A DNA stretch of 62,678 nucleotides, filler included. It is 15 parts of 15 records of this genome, joined end to end, with 100 filler letters (N's around TTAATTAATTAA, not from the genome) between each part and the next. Parts side by side here need not be neighbours in the genome. Positions count along the whole stretch, not along the records: positions 52,325 to 55,686 come from SRR9670534_364; positions 55,787 to 60,158 come from SRR9670534_368; positions 60,259 to 62,678 come from SRR9670534_372; 12 more parts are not named here. One strand, written 5' to 3'. A model generated the notes under the pieces. That model was not told the DNA's origin. It saw nothing but the letters and a program-made list of their open reading frames with translations, and searched no databases. The position numbers were made by a program, and so were the translations under genes. Numbering within the stretch: position 1 is the first letter of the stretch; every line of letters begins with the position of its first letter. Shown in pieces: positions 54,709 to 62,678 of this stretch.

Positions 54709-55856
54709 GGCCCTTGTTACTAAGCATTCCATTTATAATCGATAATGTCAATATACAAGTATACTACTTTTAGAATTGTAATTATTTTTTACTTTACAAT
54801 GTTTTTCACACAAAGTTTACTTTATTTCTATACCTGTCTTGATTAATGGTTTACTTGTCGCATAACTAATATGCATTGTTTACGTAAACGCAATTTATGC
54901 TTAATTCTTGTTTTAGCGTTGCATAGGTAAATTGCTCAATGGATCGATATAAATCTTGTCTGTAAGTATTGGTTTTGGAAAATTCGCTAAATCAATAAAA
55001 ATCTCACTTTTTAATACCTGATGGAGAAATTCTCTCAATCGATAAAAATCTCAACTTACAATTGATCCAGCGGGTTTCACAAAATCAATACAATCCTAGC
55101 AATACCAGATATACCTCCTTATAATACCTATATCTAACATGAATGTTATGCAGGATATAAGATATATTGTATACTAATATGATTAGTGAAACAATTTTTT
55201 GTTCAGATTGTATATAAATTTAATTAGCGGAGAAATAATCAATACATTTCTCGCAATTTTACCCTGGATTTAATCAATATTTTTCTCGCATTTTTTATCT
55301 TATTATTTCTAGGATAATATGTAGCTTGGCTATAGAATATACTATTTTTAAAGGTCTCTCTACGCGCAACTAGAACCAAATTATGTTTTTTTTCAATAAT
55401 TCATACTGTGAGTGCTTCTTTTTATTTGAGGATTGTTAGTTATACATAATATATCACTATAAATATACACTGTGATTAGTTAATCAAATTGTTTTATTTC
55501 AATACGACATTTTCATATTATATAGTATGAAAGCAATACCACAGTTTCATTTCACAGATAGGTAATTATAAGAATAGCTGCGAAAATATTAACCAGCTTA
55601 TTCCTATGATTGAACAACAATAATTAGCATAGTTAAAAATCAAAAATTAGAAAAAGCATTCATATTGGCCAGAAAGGGGCAAAAGCNNNNNNNNNNNNNN
55701 NNNNNNNNNNNNNNNNNNNNNNNNNNNNNNTTAATTAATTAANNNNNNNNNNNNNNNNNNNNNNNNNNNNNNNNNNNNNNNNNNNNATAATTAATAATTA
55801 TAATTATTAATTATTATTATGATAATAAAAACGTGAAAATTAATAATCATGAATAC

Positions 55857-58800
55857 CTGAAAATGAAGAATGACAGTCCAGATAAGTCCCAATGTAAGTT
55901 TTGGGTTTCCATCAACAATCTCATCTGGGCGTATGTTTACAAGTTTAATCTAAATTAATAATATTTCATGTTATAATCCATACTAACATGTTTTAATAAA
56001 CTAATAAGTTAAATCTTAAAGTACTTTTTCATTAAGCAAAAAATCCAGAGCTTTGTTGACATTTTGAATGTTGTGAAATCTTGTCGTTCCACGCTCTATT
56101 GGCTAAAAAGTACCATGTCACATGGTCCATGTGTAATGAAAATCTTCAAATAAATTTAATTTACTAAATTTATACCAATCGAGATCCACTCAATATTTCT
56201 AATAACATCAGTAAATAATGGCCATTTCGCATGTCCACAAAGAGATCCTTAATGACTCTGTTCACCTAAACTTGTAACTAGTCTCAACCATCAATTAATA
56301 ACAAACAAAAGTACCTTTTTCAAGTGTTTATTTATCCATTTTGTGAAGGTTTTCTTTTGAATGGCATCCCTCTCATCTACAAATAGATCAGTTATAGATA
56401 GCAAACCTTCGGCAGGTATCAATTGATCGCTATCATAAAATATGTTAACAAGGCACATCAAGTGGGAAACGTGTGGTAGAAATACGGTATTTCAAATACC
56501 TCTCCGGAATCCAACATTTTCTTCATAATAGATGCTAGCCATAGCATTCGTTAGTTAGCATGAGAAGATTAGTAGTTTCATCAGTAAAACTGCAGGATAA
56601 AAAACGATCAATATGAACACACAAACTGTTAGGCACAATAGGAGTCCATGTAAAACATGAAAAACATATCAGTATTGAGTTTACTACTACCTTACACGAA
56701 ACGGCACATAAATCACCCAATAAAAGTAAATAAACACGAAAGAAACATGTTACTTATTATATACTGTAACAATATAGCATTAATAATTTCAAATAGATAA
56801 TATAAACCAATGAGATTGCTACAAAAGTATAGGTAACAGGAAATGACAAGGTATGATTCAAATTAGCAACAATCACCATTGAGTTCAAGTACACAAAAAA
56901 GATAGCAAATTTGGATAAACAAAAACCTCTCTAAACCACTACAGAAAGTCCTCAAGAAATGAGTCTACCTTTCCTAGAAATACCCAGTAATCCCAATTGT
57001 GCCAGCCTGGCTTATACTTCTCACCAAATAATGATACATTATGTTATATGTTCATTCAAAGAATAATAAATAATTCGTATATAGGTAAGGTATAATAATA
57101 ATAATGGCACCCAAATGAGATTATCCAAGTATGACGAAAAAGATACTTATCCCTGCCAGGAAAATAGCGCATAATAAAATACCTGTACATAAGTGATTCA
57201 TACAATGGCAATTCTAATCATGTAAAAGATATGGAAAATCCACACATATCACAATACACATATATAAGTGTTATTAGTTATGGTCAATAATAATAATACA
57301 TAGATATAAAGAATCCGGCAAGATGAGATTACCAAAAGAGTTAGCATCTGTTGTCAGAGCTCATACAAGCAGAAGTTTACTACACCTAGATATGATTTCA
57401 AGAAGTGCAAACAGAGTGTAGTATTCCAGATTATCACTAATGAACATACATACTTTGCAAGTTCCCAATCTTTTGGCAATAGTCATTCAAAAGTGCCAGA
57501 GCTTTTCTTTCTGCATCAGTTAAGACAAAACCTCCTTCAGACTGAGCATTTTCATTCATTTTCATTCAATAAAATTTCTTCATATTATGCCTCAGTATGA
57601 CATTAGCCTTATGAAAATAATAAATAACATGGCATGCCAACAAGACGTTATTTATTAATATGAATAGGTAGCCAGTAGGTAATATTAATCCTAGCTTGTT
57701 TAAACTGCACTATTTAAACAGTAAGTTTGGATCAGTAGTATTCCAGGTACACAAATATGGAAGTCATTATTAACTGACACAATAATAAATGCTACCACAA
57801 ATACATAGGTACTGCACATATTATTATTATTAATAATATGATGATATTATAGTATAGATTCCATACGGTTTGCTATATGAAAATAACTTTCAAATTACAA
57901 CTTATATTGTAATTTAATTGCAATATAAATTTTTATGATGTACGTATAATTACCTACTATAAAATTAGTAGGCAATACCCAAGGGTAATACTAGGCGACA
58001 CTATCGCCTTTCGCTTAGTATGCCGTCTTTGAAAGAAAGTTTCGCCTAATGGTTTCGTAGTATGCACCATCTATTGAAATTTTAGATATTATTATTATTT
58101 ATAATAATAATCATAATCAAAAATCAAAGGTCAGTTTACACTGTTATTAACTTTACAGTAAAATGTTGGATACATATTATTTATATATGTACATACTAAA
58201 TATTATTTATTTGCTAATAGATAGTATTTACTAAATAATCTAGGTATATCATTGTATAAAATACTTAATAAGTATTACTTATGTACATGTATTCCGGTAC
58301 CATGTACTACATGGCATGTAGTGTCTAAGAATACACTGAGGGTGTTCCAGAAAACGTCGAAATTACCTCGTTACTGCGCATTTTTATAAAGATTTTCAGC
58401 AAAAAAATAATAGGACAGGTCGCTTAATTTTGACTCCTTCGTTTACCTAATGTTTACCCATGGAATTTCCATAAAAAATCAACTGCTATAGTATACATTC
58501 AATCATTCATCCCTTGTGGAAAAACTGACAGAACAGTCTTACACATGTCGTCGATTAACATCCCTTATTATTAAAGTTCATGGGCCTTCCATTGCTTTGT
58601 GAGGACATGTCACATCCCAAAAAGCAAAATTCTCACAGGAATTTAATTTAACTCTCATAAGAATTTAATTTTCAAAAATATCAAATAAGTAGGTAACATA
58701 ATGCTAAATTCCTGTGAGAATGTTACTAACATTCAATGTTTGTCATAAAGTTTATCATTTATATGTAGTTACTTATTATTGATAATAATATTATTACTTT

Positions 58801-59933
58801 AATAATAAAGGTTTATGGAACAGTTCCAGGAACACCCCATTGTGCAGCTGGAACAAGGATAGATACTATTAGATAGTACATGATAATTGAATTAATTATT
58901 ATTGATATATGCACCAATTCAATAGCGTGAGACAAGAACAAAAGACATAATTTGCAACAAAAGACACTCAAAGTATGTATGTTGATATTAATAATAACAA
59001 AGAACCGCCATCAGCTATAACAGTTATCACACTAATGATGACTTCCCGTGAACAATGTAACAAGAGTATAATACGACAACAATGCAAACAAACAATAGTA
59101 TGTATATATGTATAAAATTTAGAAATTCTACTTCATACACCAACCAATTATTATTACTACTATTATTATAACTATTGTTATTAACTATTATTATTAATAA
59201 TACCAAATTACTTCAAGCAATTTACTTGCAAGCAATCGAAGTTATCATAATGATTACAATTACATATTATGTAATTGTGCAATGCTGCAATACAGCAGCT
59301 GCATAGAGTAGATAGTAGAGACCACCACATAAGCTTTCAAAAAAATTGTATCAAAAATGTCGATTCAAAAACAGTTACGCAAGGTCCGTACGTAAGAACA
59401 AAGGTCAAGGCTTATTAAAAATATGTATGTGCAAATTCCGATATATACGCACACATTTACTTACATACGCATACTGTACTGTGTATTTCTTGCCATAATA
59501 GTGATTACATAGTGTATATGTATGTAGTACAATGTACAGTACATATTATCGTAATTTATTAATTAATCTTTATTATTATTACATATTAATAATAACTATT
59601 GCACATAGGTATATGTACATACCTACATGTGCCAATATACGTAATAACGTATTACTAATAAGGTACACTGTATTATGTAGTAATACGGTATTTGTAATAT
59701 AGGTATACTAATACCACCGTGGTGCATGATGCAACTAATATGTAACTATGTAAATATAAAGTTTATAAACATTTTTCAACTACATTACCAGCAATTCTAA
59801 GAACAACTCTGTCAGCAGGATCAAGATGAAGAATACCCAAGGGTTGCTCATCAAACCACGTCAGAGGATCAAATTCAAGTTCGCCACTTTCAACTGAAGA
59901 AATGCTATCAAAACTGTCCAAGAAATCAACCAT
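55857..59933 (-). CDS. Spectraplakin (short stop/MACF1/dystonin-like), N-terminal exons and CH1 domain
   Basis: [57 protein letters not shown] and KLVNIR...[20 protein letters not shown]. Confidence 0.92.
58334..58843. mobile_element. Possible about 500-bp MITE (Tc1/mariner-type ends) in spectraplakin intron
   Basis: GGGTGTTCC at 58340 and its reverse complement GGAACACCC at 58829; a similar end lies at about 11405. Confidence 0.4.
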
Positions 59934-60128
59934 ATCATTTAGCCGTTCCGAAGGAAACCTTCGGAGAGTTCAGCGCTAAGGAAACAGACATTACAGTACA
60001 AATGGTGCAAATGTGACTGTAGAAAGAATCGGTAGCAATAGGTAACAAGTAGCACAGATATTATAATACATAGCTATGTATGTATGAATGAATGCGGCTT
60101 TATTGTAAAGGCTGTTGGTAGGACTAGG

Positions 60129-60158
60129 TACCGTATTTTCTCGAATTGGAGCCGCGGC
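60129..60158 (+). mobile_element. Possible pogo/Tigger-type terminal inverted repeat at contig end
   Basis: TA followed by CCGTATTTTCTCGAAT; the partner end is not visible. Confidence 0.35.
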
Positions 60159-60258
60159 NNNNNNNNNNNNNNNNNNNNNNNNNNNNNNNNNNNNNNNNNN
60201 NNTTAATTAATTAANNNNNNNNNNNNNNNNNNNNNNNNNNNNNNNNNNNNNNNNNNNN

Positions 60259-61307
60259 AGAGTTTTACTTTGACCCTGGAGATCCTGCACTAAATGATAA
60301 CACTGGCAAGACATCTATTTTATTAAACAGCTATGAACTAGATGGATGGCCTACATATGTCTACCTTGTTTCTCAAACTGACTATGTATTTAGTTGCCAC
60401 ATAAACATTGATTCAGGCAATGAGTTGTTTTCTGGAAATGTAGATGTGTCATCAGTAGGATACTGGCATAAGCTTTGCTATTCCTTTGATGGTACAGATG
60501 GTAATGTAACAGTGATATATAACAATGATGTAGTTGACAAAACAACTGGTCTTCATGCTGGCTATAGCTTTCCTGCATATACGGGATTTACCAGTGGGCA
60601 GTTGCATTACCTTGATGGAGCATACATTAATGTTGGATTCCCATTCATTGGAAAGGTAAAAAATATCCTGATATGGAACCAAATTGTTCCAGAAGAAATT
60701 CTGGTCAAGAATATGTCAGAAATAAGACTTCTGATGAATAATGAGAGTTCTCGATATTTGCATGACTCTGTAATTGTGTCTTTTGGTGATTGCACAAAAG
60801 ACTATATAGTGACTGGTAGCAAAGTTACTATTGAAAAAACAACAACTGATGTGACTGACAATACCATTCCCAGTGCAGGTGGCAGTAAGTATTGTGCTGC
60901 ACATGAATGCTTTATTATTCCAAATAATATTACATATTACTTATGTTGGCTAATTGGCAAATTGTTACTAAATTAATACACAAGAGATGTTATAATAGCT
61001 ACTAATAGTAGCCTACAATACAATAGTTATTGTTGTTTTAATACAATAATTATTGTTATAATAGACCATTACCAATGGTCATAATTAGAATGAGAAGTAC
61101 CATACTATCTTTTTAGATGGAAGGATGTTTCAGTTATCAAGAAGAGATAAAAGGCAGGAGGTATTGAAAGCATTGGTATCTAATCTGATCTCCAATCAAG
61201 TGAATGTTGATAACTCAAGACGGATTTGCATATCTGGAGATAATGCCCAGCATATTTGTGATGCTGAAAACATTGCTGCTAGTTGTGATGCATATTCACT
61301 GCCTTAA
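60259..61307 (+). CDS. Pentraxin/LamG-like domain protein, 3' part
   Basis: WHKLCYSFDG..G.V.V.Y, SGQ...DG and F.G.V.NI.IWNQIV; exon to about 60878, then a last exon at about 61117-61307. Confidence 0.7.
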
Positions 61308-62678
61308 TCAGAACTATTACTTAATAAACATTTATTAGCAGTGCTTACTCCGATAATAAATGTTATATCAAATATATTTTTACATTTGTTAGTTTCAATC
61401 ATGCACATTTTCCATAGTTTTTGTAGACTTGCTTTTTTCATAAAGGTTTGTTTTCATGTGCTTCATTTTTTGACTATCATACTGACAATGTAAATCATCT
61501 ACACCAGAAGTGACATTTACCTTGGGATTTCGTTTTGTTGTCGAACTTTCGGAGGCCCTCCATGTAGAAACGTATATGTGTGTCTATTTTCAATATACAT
61601 ATAAGTATGAATTTTCGGTTGTCATTATGGTAAATAACAATAAAGTGTAACAGTGTGCTGAATTAAACAAGATTGAACATCAGTGCAAATATTTTTCAAA
61701 ATAAGATAAGTATATTACACATTTTATAATATACATTTTATAGGTATTTTTTATTACATAAAAGCATAGTACAACATCTAATCAGAACATCCGTGTTATA
61801 TGATCAAGCAAAGATCTTGAATCGCTTGAAGCTATGGTTACTACTATACTCGTTTGCATTTTGTTGCTATTTTAAGAATCCTATTAATTATACAGGTTGT
61901 TTCAGTGGCATTGCCAAAAATTGAAAATGTTGTAACTCTTTGTCCCATTTTGGATCACCTAAAGTACATATTTTGTTAGGAATGTCACATATCATTGACA
62001 GGTCTTTTCCTTCCAAATTATTAATTTGAAATTAATGAAGGCCTGGCAAGAATCCCAGTAATGTAAATACCCTTTTGGAACATCATGTACCATGCTTTGC
62101 AATGTCTATAGCTGGTTGTCTTTGCACTTCACCAAATCCAGAATACATTAGTGTCTTATCGTTACAGTATGTCCAGGACCATAATGACATCTTTTAATCT
62201 TTGGCTTTAGCATTTTGCTAAAAGATGTCGACTGATATGAAAGGTGCTATTTAACGGGAATGGCATGCCTCGTCTTCTGATGATACTGGAGACCAGCGGA
62301 CAATGGATTTGGAATCCTCATATTTTCGTTGACTTTTCTCGTTGGTGCTTGGGTCATTGGGAGCAAAGCAACATCTTCTTGACGAGGCGGGAACATTGCA
62401 ACTTTAAATAGATGTGACTTGTGGTGACTCATTATAAATATATATCATAAAATAATATAATATTACCAAATGTTATTCGTAGCATTTGCTAACTAATTAG
62501 GATTAGGAACAAGTATCAATTAATAATTATTACTTATGCTATTACAAGGAATTATCTATTTACTTTTGTAAAAGTTAATTATTTAAATTAAATACATTTG
62601 CATAATTGCTTAGATTACTTATAAAATTATTTTAATTAAAAATTTTAATAATTAATAATATAATATAATTAAATTAGT

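Overview
This is not one locus. It is 15 short contigs joined by 14 artificial 100-nt spacers (N-run, TTAATTAATTAA, N-run). The DNA is very AT-rich and eukaryotic, with many short GT-AG introns, and the gene content is metazoan and probably invertebrate. Recognisable genes, many partial: a Ser/Thr-rich mucin, a trypsin-like homologue, a multi-LIM protein, ATP synthase epsilon, a CCR4/Angel-type EEP enzyme, an anoctamin, GMP synthase, a GABA-B R2-like receptor, a BIR-RING IAP, a multi-CBM14 peritrophin, a tight SF3A3 / U1-70K / DPH1 / DNAJC19 cluster, a P4-ATPase, FBXO8, a natriuretic-peptide-receptor-like gene, a spectraplakin N-terminus and a pentraxin domain. Mobile DNA includes decayed MULE and hAT transposases and three LINE-type pieces. 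Best leads: (1) a 24-bp tandem array of consensus 5' splice sites behind a poison acceptor in the regulatory intron of U1-70K; (2) a 3.9-kb contig that is a single reading frame of about 1,300 codons (unknown region, SGNH-like region, APE endonuclease) broken only by point stops; (3) RIP-like C-to-T/G-to-A erosion of transposons; (4) operon-like spacing with an unpaired acceptor before U1-70K; (5) a Cys-rich insert in an RT palm. All calls come from reading the sequence by eye, with no searches run, and exon boundaries are approximate.
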